This document shows positions 47,962-57,464 of a stretch of DNA of 64,000 nt, in pieces. A model generated the notes under the pieces. That model ran no database searches and was not told the origin of the DNA. It saw only the letters and a list, made by a program, of their open reading frames with translations. How positions within the stretch are numbered: the stretch's first letter is position 1; every line of letters begins with the position of its first letter. Both the position numbers and the translations under genes were made by a program. Source of the stretch: an uncultured Bdellovibrionales bacterium (GTDB lineage: Bacteria; Patescibacteriota; Minisyncoccia; Moranbacterales; UBA2206); the NCBI GenBank assembly GCA_964538685.1, contig CAZIFD010000001.1, positions 13,221 to 77,220 on the forward strand. The letters are read 5' to 3'.

Positions 47962-49203
47962 ATGATTCAAACAAAAAAAGAAATAAAAATATTAACCAAT
48001 CATTGGGATCAAATAAATCCGAGGAGCATCAAGGATTATTTGACAATGGGCGGATACGAGTCTTTGAAAAAGTTTCTTTTTGAGATGACAAGTGAAGAAG
48101 CTCTTTTTGAAATTGAAAAATCCGGTTTGGTTGGTAGGGGCGGGGCTGGATTTTCAACTGGCAAAAAAATGCGAATGGCAATTGAAAGTTTGGAAAAAAT
48201 CAAATATTTCATTTGCAATTTGGATGAATCAGAACCGGGAAACTGGAAAGATCGTTTGCTTGCCGGAAAAAATCCCCATTTGCTTTTGGAGGGAATAATT
48301 TTAGAAGCTTTGATAATCGGCGCCAAAAAGGCCATTATTTATATCAACGGCAACTTTGAAAAACAAAAAGAACTTTTAGAGTTTGCTGTTTCTGAAGCGA
48401 TCCAACATAATTTTCTGGGAAAAAAGATTTTGGGTTCAAAGTATTCTTTGGAAGTGGATATTTTTTCCGGTGCTGGTGCCTATATTTGCGGGGAAGAAAC
48501 CGCTCTTATTAATTCTTTGGAAGGAAACCGTGGGGAACCAAAAGCGCGTCCGCCTTATCCAACCGAAAAAGGATTTCTGGGAAAACCGACTGTAATTAAT
48601 AATGCTGAAACAGTTTCCAATTTACCTTGGATTATTCAAAATGATGGCGAAGCTTTTTCTCAAATTGGTTCCCAAAAATCTCCCGGAACCAAATTATTTT
48701 GTTTAAGCGGAAGATTTGAAAAACCTGGAGTTTACGAAGTACCAACTGGAATAACTTTGGAAGAATTGGTGGAAAAATATGGTGGCGGAATTGAATTGGG
48801 AAAAAAATTATGGTTTTTACAATTAGGCGGAGCTTCGGGGAGATTGGTTTTGCCGAAAGAAATGAAAACCAAATTGGAATATGATCCGGAAGCGGAATTT
48901 CCTCTTGGAGCGGGATCGGTTTTGGCGGTAACCAAAGAGGATGATATCAAGGAATTGCTTTTGTCTTGGACGGATTTTTTTCGCCGAGAATCTTGCGGAA
49001 AGTGTATTCCGTGTCGGGAAGGAACCTTTCGCCTTTGGGAAATTATGAAACGCTTTCAAGACGGAAAGATATCCGAAGCTGACCAGAAAGCGATACCGGA
49101 AATTATTTGGACTCTGGAAAATACTTCGTTTTGTCCGTTGGGAAAGTTTTCCGCTCAAGGAATAAAAGACGCCGTAGAAAAATTAAAAATTTTATGCAAA
49201 TAA
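47962..49203 (+). CDS. NuoF/HoxF/HydB-like NAD(P)H- and FMN-binding subunit
   Basis: GRGGAGFSTGKKM, CNLDESEPGNWKDR, soluble-ligand-binding domain, ESCGKCIPCREGT [4Fe-4S] site. Confidence 0.85.
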   Translation: MIQTKKEIKILTNHWDQINPRSIKDYLTMGGYESLKKFLFEMTSEEALFEIEKSGLVGRGGAGFSTGKKMRMAIESLEKIKYFICNLDESEPGNWKDRLLAGKNPHLLLEGIILEALIIGAKKAIIYINGNFEKQKELLEFAVSEAIQHNFLGKKILGSKYSLEVDIFSGAGAYICGEETALINSLEGNRGEPKARPPYPTEKGFLGKPTVINNAETVSNLPWIIQNDGEAFSQIGSQKSPGTKLFCLSGRFEKPGVYEVPTGITLEELVEKYGGGIELGKKLWFLQLGGASGRLVLPKEMKTKLEYDPEAEFPLGAGSVLAVTKEDDIKELLLSWTDFFRRESCGKCIPCREGTFRLWEIMKRFQDGKISEADQKAIPEIIWTLENTSFCPLGKFSAQGIKDAVEKLKILCK

Positions 49204-50630
49204 AAATAAACGGAAAAAAATACGAAGTTAATGAAGGCGAAACAGTTTTGGAAGTTTGTCGCCGAAACGGAATCAGAATTCCGACGCTTTGTCATTTTCC
49301 CGGTTTGTCCAAAGAGCAAGTCTGTCGGCTTTGTTTGGTTGAAACCAATCGGAGCGAAAAATTGGTAACCTCGTGCGGATTTAGAGTTTGTGAAGGTTTG
49401 GAAGTTAAAACGGAAAGCGAGCGAATTGAAAAAGCCAGAAAAATAAATTTGGAATTACTTTGGGCTGATCATGCTGGTCGTTGCGCCACTTGCAAAAAAA
49501 ATCGTCGTTGCGAGCTCCAAAATTTGGCCGAAGAATACAAGATTGAAAATTTTCATTTTGTTCCGAGGAGAGGCGATATTACTTCTGAAGAAGAGCTGGA
49601 TTTGCTTGAGGACAATTTGAAAAGAGATTTGGAGGATAACAATAATCCTTGTTTGGAAAAGAAGGGCGAGCTTTGTGTGGAATGTCGGCGGTGTATTCAG
49701 GTTTGTCCGACTCGGGAATTCGGATTCAATTATCGCTCGGGCGATGTCAAAGTGGAAACTCCTTATGGAAAACATTTGGATTGCATATTTTGCGGACAAT
49801 GTGTCAAAATTTGTCCGACTGCTTCTCTCAGTGACAAAAATGATTTGAATAAAATAGTTAATTTGTTGGATGATGTCAAAAAACAAGCTGTGGCAATTGT
49901 TGATCCGACTATTCTAGATTCCGTTTCCAATGAATTTGAAAAAATTGAAAAGAAAGAAGAGTTTATTGGTCTTCTTCGCGAAATCGGATTTGAAAAAGTT
50001 TTTGATTTGAGTTGGGGATTTCACGAATCAGCCAAAAGACAGTCCTTGGAAATTGAAAGAAACAATCATTCTAATTTGATTCTCAGCCATTGTTCAGCGC
50101 TTATTTTTTATATTGAAAAATATTTTCCGGAAATGAAAAAAAATATATTGGAAACCGAAATTCCCGATGAACTTATGGCCAAGAGCATTAAAAGTGAATA
50201 TGTCAAAGAGCGCAAAATAAATTCGGAAGACTTGGTTGTTATTTCCATTTCCTCTTGCGTAGCTAAGAAAAAGATGATTTCTGATAATCTGGATTTTGTT
50301 TTGACGATGCGTGAAGTCGGGCGGATTGCCAGAATAAAAAAAATAAATGAAGAAAAAATCAAAAAATCAGATTTTGACAAGGAAAAGTATTCTTTGGCGG
50401 AAAATCCAAGCGGTCTTTTGAATTCCGGTCAATTGAGCGAGTTGATTGAAGAACAACTTTCCAAAGAAAAGAAACAAAAAATAGCCAAGACTTGGAGTGT
50501 AAAAAATATCAAAACAATTTTGGAAAAAATAAAAACGAAAGAAAAAAATTACAATTTTTGTGAATTGATGATTTGTCCTGGCGCTTGTCAGGGTGGTGGA
50601 GGAAAATCCATAAAAATTAAGGAAAAATAG
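49194..50630 (+). CDS. [FeFe]-hydrogenase-like protein (CpI-type ferredoxin-like N-terminus + compact H-cluster domain with non-canonical L1/L2 motifs)
   Basis: N-terminus: 2Fe-2S (CHFPG..C..C), HAGRCATCKKNRRCE, CVECRRCIQVCP, CIFCGQCVKICP. H-domain: GFEKVFDLSWGFHES..., LSHCSAL (vs TSCCPGW), SSCVAKKKM (vs MPCxxKxxE), MICPGACQGGGG (vs MACxGGCxxGGGQP). The tool ORF start at 49107 overlaps nuoF; the ATG at 49194 is preferred. Confidence 0.7.
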   Translation: MQIKINGKKYEVNEGETVLEVCRRNGIRIPTLCHFPGLSKEQVCRLCLVETNRSEKLVTSCGFRVCEGLEVKTESERIEKARKINLELLWADHAGRCATCKKNRRCELQNLAEEYKIENFHFVPRRGDITSEEELDLLEDNLKRDLEDNNNPCLEKKGELCVECRRCIQVCPTREFGFNYRSGDVKVETPYGKHLDCIFCGQCVKICPTASLSDKNDLNKIVNLLDDVKKQAVAIVDPTILDSVSNEFEKIEKKEEFIGLLREIGFEKVFDLSWGFHESAKRQSLEIERNNHSNLILSHCSALIFYIEKYFPEMKKNILETEIPDELMAKSIKSEYVKERKINSEDLVVISISSCVAKKKMISDNLDFVLTMREVGRIARIKKINEEKIKKSDFDKEKYSLAENPSGLLNSGQLSELIEEQLSKEKKQKIAKTWSVKNIKTILEKIKTKEKNYNFCELMICPGACQGGGGKSIKIKEK

Positions 50631-50834
50631 ATGTGTTTGGCAATTCCGGGAAAAATTAAAAAATTGAAAGGCGAATTGGCAACGGTTGATTTTGACGGAC
50701 TTCAAAAAGAAATCAATGTTTCTTTGGTAGATGCGAAAAACGGAGACTGGGTGGTGGTTCATGCTGGCTTTGCCATTCAAAAACTGGAAGAAAAAGAAGC
50801 GGAAGAAATCAAGGTTTTATTCAAAAAACAATAA
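50631..50834 (+). CDS. hypC: hydrogenase maturation factor HypC
   Basis: MCLAIPGKI N-terminus, 67 aa. Confidence 0.8.
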   Translation: MCLAIPGKIKKLKGELATVDFDGLQKEINVSLVDAKNGDWVVVHAGFAIQKLEEKEAEEIKVLFKKQ

Positions 50835-50851
50835 TTTTTTAAAAATTTTTT

Positions 50852-51265
50852 ATGAAAATAGGAATAATCGGCTCAATGCAGTTTACTGATAAAATGCTTG
50901 AGTATCGTGAAAAACTTCGGGAGTTGGGGCATGATGCATTCGTTACGGATTTGCATAAAGCAATGGTAGGAAAAACCGATACCGAAATTGAAGAAATTAA
51001 GCTTCATCAAAAATATAACATGGACGCCATTCGTGAATTTTGGCGTATGATGCAAGGAGCGGATGCTGTGCTTGTTCTGAATCTTGATAAAAATGGTGTC
51101 CAAAATTATGTTGGTGGAAACACTCTAATGGAAATTGGTTTTGCCCATGTGCTGAATCAAAAAATATTTATGCTGAACCCAATTCCGGAAATGCCGTATT
51201 GCAAAACCGAAATTGAAGCGGTTAAGCCGATTATTATTAATGGCGATTTGAAAAAAATTATTTAA
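50852..51265 (+). CDS. nucleoside 2-deoxyribosyltransferase-like (Rcl/NDT-fold) protein embedded in the hyp cluster
   Basis: MKIGIIGSM...ADAVLVLNLDKNGVQNYVGGNTLMEIGFA (catalytic-Glu motif E-I/L-G-F/Y-A of the NDT family). Confidence 0.45.
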   Translation: MKIGIIGSMQFTDKMLEYREKLRELGHDAFVTDLHKAMVGKTDTEIEEIKLHQKYNMDAIREFWRMMQGADAVLVLNLDKNGVQNYVGGNTLMEIGFAHVLNQKIFMLNPIPEMPYCKTEIEAVKPIIINGDLKKII

Positions 51266-51325
51266 TCTTTCGTATTTGCGCTTTGTAGAAATATCAAAAT
51301 CTTTTTTACCAAGAACCATAGCTGA

Positions 51326-52363
51326 ATGAGAGAAACTAAAAACATAATTGAAAGCATTAATGAAAAAGCGAGACTTATCAGAAAGCCTGTTATTTTTATG
51401 GAGCTTTGCGGGACTCATTCGGAATCAGTGGCGGAAAATGGGCTCAAAAATATTTTGCCGGAAAATGTGAAACTGGTTTCTGGTCCGGGGTGTCCGATTT
51501 GTGTAACCGATCAAGCGGATGTGGATGTGATGGTGGGTTTGGCAAAAAAAGGAATTCCGATCGCTAGTTATGGTGATGCGGTTTCAGTTCCTGGAAGCAA
51601 GGGAAGTCTTGAAACTGCCAGGCAAAACGGAGCCAAAGTTTTTGTGGTTTACGACACAGCAGAGGCGCTTAGACTTCAAAAAAAAGAACCGAATTTGATT
51701 TTTTGGGGAGTTGGCTTTGAAACTACCGCTCCGGCAACTGCTTGGGCAATTAAAAAAGGACTTCGGGTTTTTTCCAGTCATAAAATTTTTCCACCGGCGA
51801 TGAAAGCGCTTCTTTCCGAAAAAGAAACAAAAATTGACGGTTTTTTGAATCCCGGACATGTGAGTGCAATTATCGGAACAGAGGTTTATCAAAATTTTTC
51901 CATTCCTCAAGTGATAGCCGGATTTGAGGCTCAAGATATTCTTTTGGCGATTGAAATGCTTCTTGCTCAAATTCTCAAAAAAGAAAAAAAAGTGGAGAAT
52001 GAATATGAAAGATTGGTGAAGAAAAATGGAAATGAGAAAGCGCAAAAGTTTGTCAGGGAAGTTTTTGAGACGCGAGACAGTTCTTGGCGGGGGCTGGGAG
52101 AAATCAAAAAATCGGGACTCAAAATCAAAGAAAAATATAGGAATCAAGATGCGGAATTTGTTTATCAAAAAGAAATTGAAGAGATTAAAAAAAATAGCCA
52201 AACCAAAAAATCGGCATGTCGTTGTGGAGAAGTTTTGCGGGGAAAAATCAAGCCCCAAAGTTGTCCGCTTTTCGGAAAAGCTTGCTCGCCGGATAATCCT
52301 CAGGGAGCCTGCATGGTTTCCAGAGAAGGGAGTTGCAATATAGAATATAGGTATGAAAAATAA
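51326..52363 (+). CDS. hypD: hydrogenase maturation factor HypD
   Basis: MELCGTHSE, GPGCPICV, C-terminal CxxC motifs. Confidence 0.85.
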   Translation: MRETKNIIESINEKARLIRKPVIFMELCGTHSESVAENGLKNILPENVKLVSGPGCPICVTDQADVDVMVGLAKKGIPIASYGDAVSVPGSKGSLETARQNGAKVFVVYDTAEALRLQKKEPNLIFWGVGFETTAPATAWAIKKGLRVFSSHKIFPPAMKALLSEKETKIDGFLNPGHVSAIIGTEVYQNFSIPQVIAGFEAQDILLAIEMLLAQILKKEKKVENEYERLVKKNGNEKAQKFVREVFETRDSSWRGLGEIKKSGLKIKEKYRNQDAEFVYQKEIEEIKKNSQTKKSACRCGEVLRGKIKPQSCPLFGKACSPDNPQGACMVSREGSCNIEYRYEK

Positions 52364-52402
52364 AAATACCCCTGGCGCGAATGCACCAGGGGTGAGTGAA
52401 TT

Positions 52403-52681
52403 TTAGTGAATAGTCATAGTCGCTGATGCTATTATCACTGATGCTAGAAGGATAATTATTCCAATGAGACCGATTGCTCTTATTAGCTTTGACTCAGCTG
52501 AAATCATGCTCGTTGTGATTGGTCCAATCATGCAGAGTGTATACACTCCGCATGCGAAGAACATTGTTAGACCATCAAGCAACTTGAATTGGCGCAAATA
52601 TGCCATTCCAAGTACAATAGCGAAAAAAGCCGTCAATATTAGTAATATCCCAGCAAGAAGCTCTATCATACTGTTTTTCAT
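52403..52681 (-). CDS. small membrane protein (92 aa, 3 TM) between hypD and hypE
   Basis: The only minus-strand ORF filling the 420-bp gap. The bidirectional hairpin cccctggcgcgaatgcaccagggg lies between it and hypD. Confidence 0.35.
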   Translation of the reverse strand: MKNSMIELLAGILLILTAFFAIVLGMAYLRQFKLLDGLTMFFACGVYTLCMIGPITTSMISAESKLIRAIGLIGIIILLASVIIASATMTIH

Positions 52682-52781
52682 TTTGTCTTCTCCTTCTTGC
52701 TATTACATTGTTTTTAACTCTCTCAGATTCGCTTTGAATTATACTTATTTTTAAAATATTGTCAAGAACAATTAGCCTTAT

Positions 52782-53771
52782 ATGAAGCAAAACCAATCAA
52801 AAAATATTTCTCTGGAAGAAGGAGCGGGAGGCAAAAAATCGGAAGATTTGATTTCTGAAATCCGGCAGGCTTTTGGAACAGGAAAAAAATGGCAGAATAT
52901 TGAAGACGACGGAGCGACTTTCAAGCTCGGAAAAGAAAATTTGGTTTTCACAGCCGACGGTTTTATTGTGGACCCGATTTTTTTTCCTGGAGGCGACATT
53001 GGAAAAATTGCTGTTTGCGGAACACTCAACGATTTGGCGGTGATGGGAGCGTGCCCTGTTGGATTGTCGCTTAGTCTCATCATTGAAGAAGGTTTTTCCC
53101 GAGAGGATCTCAAAAAAATTATTCAATCAATTGCCAAAATTTCCAAAGAAACCGGAGTGCCGATTGTGACCGGTGATACCAAGGTGACGGAAAAAGGCAA
53201 GTTGGACAAAATTGAAATCACAACTTCCGGAGTGGGCTTGGCTAAAAAAATTATTACCAACTCCGGAGCGCGAGCAGGAGATCAGGTGATTGTTTCGGGT
53301 GACCTTGGGGAACACGGCGTGGCCCTGCTTTCCAAAAGGTTTAATTATAAAACTAAAATCAAGAGCGATTGTCAGCCATTGGTTCAAGAAATTCAAAAAG
53401 TAGGCAAATATCTGTCGGCTTGCAAGGATCCGACCCGAGGTGGATTGGGAGCAATTCTTAATGAAATTGGGGAGAAATCAAAAGTAAAAATTATTATTGA
53501 TGAAAAAAACTTGCCATTCAAAAAAGAAACGGAAGCCCTTTCCGGACTTTTGGGAATAGACAAATTTTCTTTTCCTTCGGAAGGTCGGTTTGTAGCGACG
53601 GTTCCTGAAAAAGATTCCAAAAAAGTTTTGAGCGTTCTTAGGAAATTTAATCCTGAAGCCAAGATCATTGGAAAAGTGGAGAGAGGACAAGGGGTTTATC
53701 TTGAAACTAAATTGGGAAGTCTCAAAAAAATTGAAACTCCGAGAGGAAAACTAATCCCGCGGATCTGTTGA
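52782..53771 (+). CDS. hypE: hydrogenase maturation factor HypE (AIR-synthase-related)
   Basis: VCGTLNDLAVMGACPVGLSLSLIIEEGF, GDQVIVSGDLGEHG. Confidence 0.85.
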   Translation: MKQNQSKNISLEEGAGGKKSEDLISEIRQAFGTGKKWQNIEDDGATFKLGKENLVFTADGFIVDPIFFPGGDIGKIAVCGTLNDLAVMGACPVGLSLSLIIEEGFSREDLKKIIQSIAKISKETGVPIVTGDTKVTEKGKLDKIEITTSGVGLAKKIITNSGARAGDQVIVSGDLGEHGVALLSKRFNYKTKIKSDCQPLVQEIQKVGKYLSACKDPTRGGLGAILNEIGEKSKVKIIIDEKNLPFKKETEALSGLLGIDKFSFPSEGRFVATVPEKDSKKVLSVLRKFNPEAKIIGKVERGQGVYLETKLGSLKKIETPRGKLIPRIC

Positions 53772-54965
53772 CAAATAAAAAACAATTTGTCCGAAAGAAA
53801 TTCCGGCGTCGCCAGCGGGAATTTTTTTATTTAAATAAACATTTTGCGATTTCAGATATTCGCTGATTATTTTGTTGGTGGAAAGACCGCCGGAGGCGAA
53901 GATATTGGGAAGACTGGATTCCCGATCAAGTCGGGAATGACAATTGGAAACAATTTTAAACAAACCTTCAACAATATAATTTTGAACTGTGGCAGCCAAT
54001 CTTTTTTTGTCTCTTTTTCGTACATACGCTAGTACATACGAGAGTAAGTATGTTGTGTTAAGAATATTTTTCTTGATTATTTTTGGTTTCAAATCGGAAA
54101 AAGGTTGAGTAGAATTTTTTTCCAAGAGGATGGTTGGTTCGTGCTTAAAGTTTCTTTCGTTCTGGCAAAAGCCTAAAAGAATTGAAACAGTATCCAGAAT
54201 CCGTCCGGCAGAAGAAGTTTCCGGGCAATTGAATTTTTGTTCTAATTGATTCCAAAGAAGTTCAAATTCGTTTTGGGAATAATATTTTTTTAGAAATTTA
54301 TAGATGGATTTTTTTTGTATCTCTTTCTTGTCATTCCCGCGGAAGCGGAAATCCAGTGCGGAAGCTTTGAGTTTTGAGACAGGATCCCCGTTTTCACGAG
54401 GATAACATTTTTTCAATATGCCAATAAGCATACGAGCCGGCTCTTTGATAGCCAGTTCTCCGCCAAGCAAAAACTGATTTTCCAGATGTCCAATTCGTTC
54501 AATTTTTTTGTTTTTTAAATCTATTTTGAAAACTTCTCCTCCCCAAATTTTTCCGTCAGTTCCCAGTCCGGTGCCATCCATAACGATGGAGTAATTGATA
54601 TCAATAAGTTTGTGATTGGAATTGCTTATTAATTTGTCTCCAATTGAAGAAAAAGTGTGAGCCAAATGATGCTGGACTTGAATATGTTTAGCTTTGAATT
54701 TTTTGGCTAATTTTTCTCCCCAAAGAGTGGTTCTGAAATCAGGATGAAGATCAGTCAAAATAAAGTTTGGTTTGAGCTTATTGTTTTTAAGGAATTTCAA
54801 AACTTCTTGTTGGAAATTTTGCCAATTTTTTTCTTCCAAAAGATCGCCAAAATTTTGGGAAAAAAATATTTTTCCATCCCTAAAAACCGAAAAATTTCCG
54901 GCTGATTCGGCGCCAAGCGCCAAAAGGATTGAATTATTTTTAAATTTCGTATCAAATTCAAGCAT
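53751..54965 (-). CDS. HypF-like carbamoyltransferase consisting only of the Kae1/TsaD-like domain (no acylphosphatase, Zn-finger or YrdC domains); contains two in-frame palindromic-element insertions
   Basis: ILLALGAESAGNFSV...SQNFGDL, VQHHLAHTFSSIGD, IVMDGTGLGTDGKIWGGEVF, NIFASGGLSTN. The palindromes at 53916-53942 and 54329-54354 encode CHSRLDRES and LDFRFRGND. Confidence 0.65.
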   Translation of the reverse strand: MLEFDTKFKNNSILLALGAESAGNFSVFRDGKIFFSQNFGDLLEEKNWQNFQQEVLKFLKNNKLKPNFILTDLHPDFRTTLWGEKLAKKFKAKHIQVQHHLAHTFSSIGDKLISNSNHKLIDINYSIVMDGTGLGTDGKIWGGEVFKIDLKNKKIERIGHLENQFLLGGELAIKEPARMLIGILKKCYPRENGDPVSKLKASALDFRFRGNDKKEIQKKSIYKFLKKYYSQNEFELLWNQLEQKFNCPETSSAGRILDTVSILLGFCQNERNFKHEPTILLEKNSTQPFSDLKPKIIKKNILNTTYLLSYVLAYVRKRDKKRLAATVQNYIVEGLFKIVSNCHSRLDRESSLPNIFASGGLSTNKIISEYLKSQNVYLNKKIPAGDAGISFGQIVFYLSTDPRD

Positions 54966-55102
54966 AGTCTGATTATATCATCATATCATCTGAAGAAATA
55001 TATATAATTTTTGAAAGAATAAATTTTTTTTATTGATAATAACAAGAAGAGGATATAAAATAAAATATGTTAGACCAAATTTAATTTTTTTAAGCCAAAT
55101 TT

Positions 55103-55774
55103 GTGCGTATTTTGATTGTTGAAGATGATGAACGAATAGCCAATTCTTTAAAAAAAAGTCTGGAAGAGGCTTGTTTTTCAGTTGATATTTCCGGGGACGG
55201 CGAGGAGGGTTCTTTTTTGGGGAGAACCAATAATTATGATTTAATCGTTTTGGACAATATGTTGCCCAAAAAGAATGGGCTAAGAGTTTGTCAGGAGATT
55301 AGAAAGAAAAATAAAGCAACAAAAATATTGATGCTTTCGGTCAAAAAGGAAATCCAAGAAAAAGTAGCACTTCTTGATGGCGGAGCGGATGATTATATGA
55401 CCAAGCCATTTTCTTTTTCGGAACTTCTTTCCAGAATAAAAGCTCTCTTGCGTCGGTCGGACATATTTGCAGATGACTCTTTGAATGTTCAAGACCTGAC
55501 TCTTGATCTGAAAACTTTTGAAGTGAGACAAGGAAAAAGAATTATTAACCTTACCAGAAAAGAATTTATGTTGCTGGAATTTTTAATTAGAAACATTAAT
55601 AGAGTAGTGACGCCGGAAGAGATTATGGAACATGTTTGGGATGGAAATCTGGATGTTTTTTCCAACACACTCCGTTCTCATATGGGTAATTTGAGACGCA
55701 AAATTGAAAAAGAAGGAAACAAAAAATTAATTGAAACAATTTGTGGCCGAGGTTATATTATAAGAGCGGATTGA
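55103..55774 (+). CDS. OmpR-family response regulator (receiver + winged-helix), GTG start
   Basis: RILIVEDDERIANSLKK, LDNMLPKKNG, C-terminal winged helix RKEFMLLEFLIRN...GYII. Confidence 0.85.
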   Translation: MRILIVEDDERIANSLKKSLEEACFSVDISGDGEEGSFLGRTNNYDLIVLDNMLPKKNGLRVCQEIRKKNKATKILMLSVKKEIQEKVALLDGGADDYMTKPFSFSELLSRIKALLRRSDIFADDSLNVQDLTLDLKTFEVRQGKRIINLTRKEFMLLEFLIRNINRVVTPEEIMEHVWDGNLDVFSNTLRSHMGNLRRKIEKEGNKKLIETICGRGYIIRAD

Positions 55775-56045
55775 GTTTATTCTTTTTTTATATTTTCTTT
55801 ATTTTGATTTTAGTATAATAGGAATATCAATCCGAGGTCGGGGATTGATATTCAATTAAAACAACAATAAAAAAATGAAAAAAGAAGTTATTAAAAAACT
55901 TTTAACTAGCAAAGTTGCCAGAAAGACTTCCACTCTCAGCGCTTTTGTTCTGAGCGTAGCCAGTGTAGCCACTCCCTGGGAGGGCGCAGCTTAAATTTTC
56001 AAAAATTTTTATACAAGCGGGCAATTAATATTTTTTATAAAAACA

Positions 56046-57464
56046 ATGTTTCAAAAATTTTATAAATCACTTATTTTAGTTGCTCGTTTTTTTTATGATA
56101 AATTTTTGAAACCAAAATCAAGAAACGATGATTTGAAACGCAAAGAATTTATTTTAAACATATTATTGGGATCAATAATTTTTTTATTGGGAATATTTTC
56201 TTTTTTTATTGTTGGCAGATATTTAGAAGAAAAGGGGAATTTTAACGGAATTCCCTTGGTTTATTTTTTCTCCATACTCGGATTTTTTATTATTTTATAC
56301 TTGCTCTCAAGGTGCAGACTTTTCGTTTTGAGCTCCTATTTTTTTATCGGGGTGCTTTTTTTGTCAATTACCGGCGGTGTTTATTATTGGGGAATAGATC
56401 TTCCTCAAGTTTTATTGTCATACGCTCTTGTTATTGTAATGTCGGGAGTGCTTGTTGATACGGCTTTCGCTTTTTTTATAACACTAGCAATAAGCGTCAG
56501 TTTGATTGTTATTGGTTATTTGCAAATAAATAATATAATTTTTGTTAATTCTTATTGGAGATATGAATTTGCTACGATGAGCAATGCTATAGAATTTTCC
56601 ATTACACTGTTAGTTATTGCCGTCGTTTCTTGGCTTTCTAATCGGGAAATTGAGAAATCTCTGAAAAGAGCTAAGCGGTCGGAAAAAGAGCTCAAAGAGG
56701 AGCGAGATTCTTTGGAAATAAAAGTGGAAAAAAGAACGAAAGAATTGCAGAAAGCTCAGATTGAAAAAGTGCGTCAACTTTATCGTTTTGCCGAGTTTGG
56801 AAGACTTTCATCGGGACTTTTTCATGATCTTTCCAATCACTTGACGGCCTTGTTTTTAAATTTGGAAATGGCCGATCCTAAAAAACAAAAAGAGGCTGGC
56901 AAAACTAAAGAATATTTGGAAGAAGCTAGAATAATAATGAATCAAACAGAGGATTTTATTGAAGCTATGCAGAAACAGCTTCGCAGAGAAGGAAATTTAA
57001 AAGTGTTCTCTCTCAATAAAGAAATAGAACATGTAATTCAAATTTTTGGCTATAAAATGAATCAGGAAAAAATCCGCTTGGAATTTGTGGCGGAAAGCGA
57101 AGTAATAATGTTTGGAAGTTTAATTGGATTTAATCAAATTGTCACCAATTTGCTTTCCAACGCTGTGGATGCTTGTTCTCGGGTAGATGAGGCGAGGGAG
57201 AGTAGATTTATTGAAATTAGAATTGGACAAACTAAAGAAAAAGCCATTTTGATTGTCAAAGATTCAGGTTGCGGAATTAAGAAAGAACTAAATGAAAAGA
57301 TATTTGATCCCTTTTTTACTACCAAAGAAATAGGCAAGGGAACAGGAATTGGACTTTCTTCCACCAAGAAAATTGTAGAAAAGGATTTTGGCGGAGTTAT
57401 TCATTTCAAGAGTCAAGTGGGCGAAGGAACTGTTTTCACGGTGGAACTACCAATAAAAAAATAA
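56046..57464 (+). CDS. sensor histidine kinase (5-6 TM sensor domain, HisKA, HATPase_c)
   Basis: H-box LSSGLFHDLSNHLTAL; N/G boxes NLLSNAVDA, KDSGCGIKKELNEKIFDPFFTTK, GTGIGLSSTKKI. Confidence 0.8.
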   Translation: MFQKFYKSLILVARFFYDKFLKPKSRNDDLKRKEFILNILLGSIIFLLGIFSFFIVGRYLEEKGNFNGIPLVYFFSILGFFIILYLLSRCRLFVLSSYFFIGVLFLSITGGVYYWGIDLPQVLLSYALVIVMSGVLVDTAFAFFITLAISVSLIVIGYLQINNIIFVNSYWRYEFATMSNAIEFSITLLVIAVVSWLSNREIEKSLKRAKRSEKELKEERDSLEIKVEKRTKELQKAQIEKVRQLYRFAEFGRLSSGLFHDLSNHLTALFLNLEMADPKKQKEAGKTKEYLEEARIIMNQTEDFIEAMQKQLRREGNLKVFSLNKEIEHVIQIFGYKMNQEKIRLEFVAESEVIMFGSLIGFNQIVTNLLSNAVDACSRVDEARESRFIEIRIGQTKEKAILIVKDSGCGIKKELNEKIFDPFFTTKEIGKGTGIGLSSTKKIVEKDFGGVIHFKSQVGEGTVFTVELPIKK

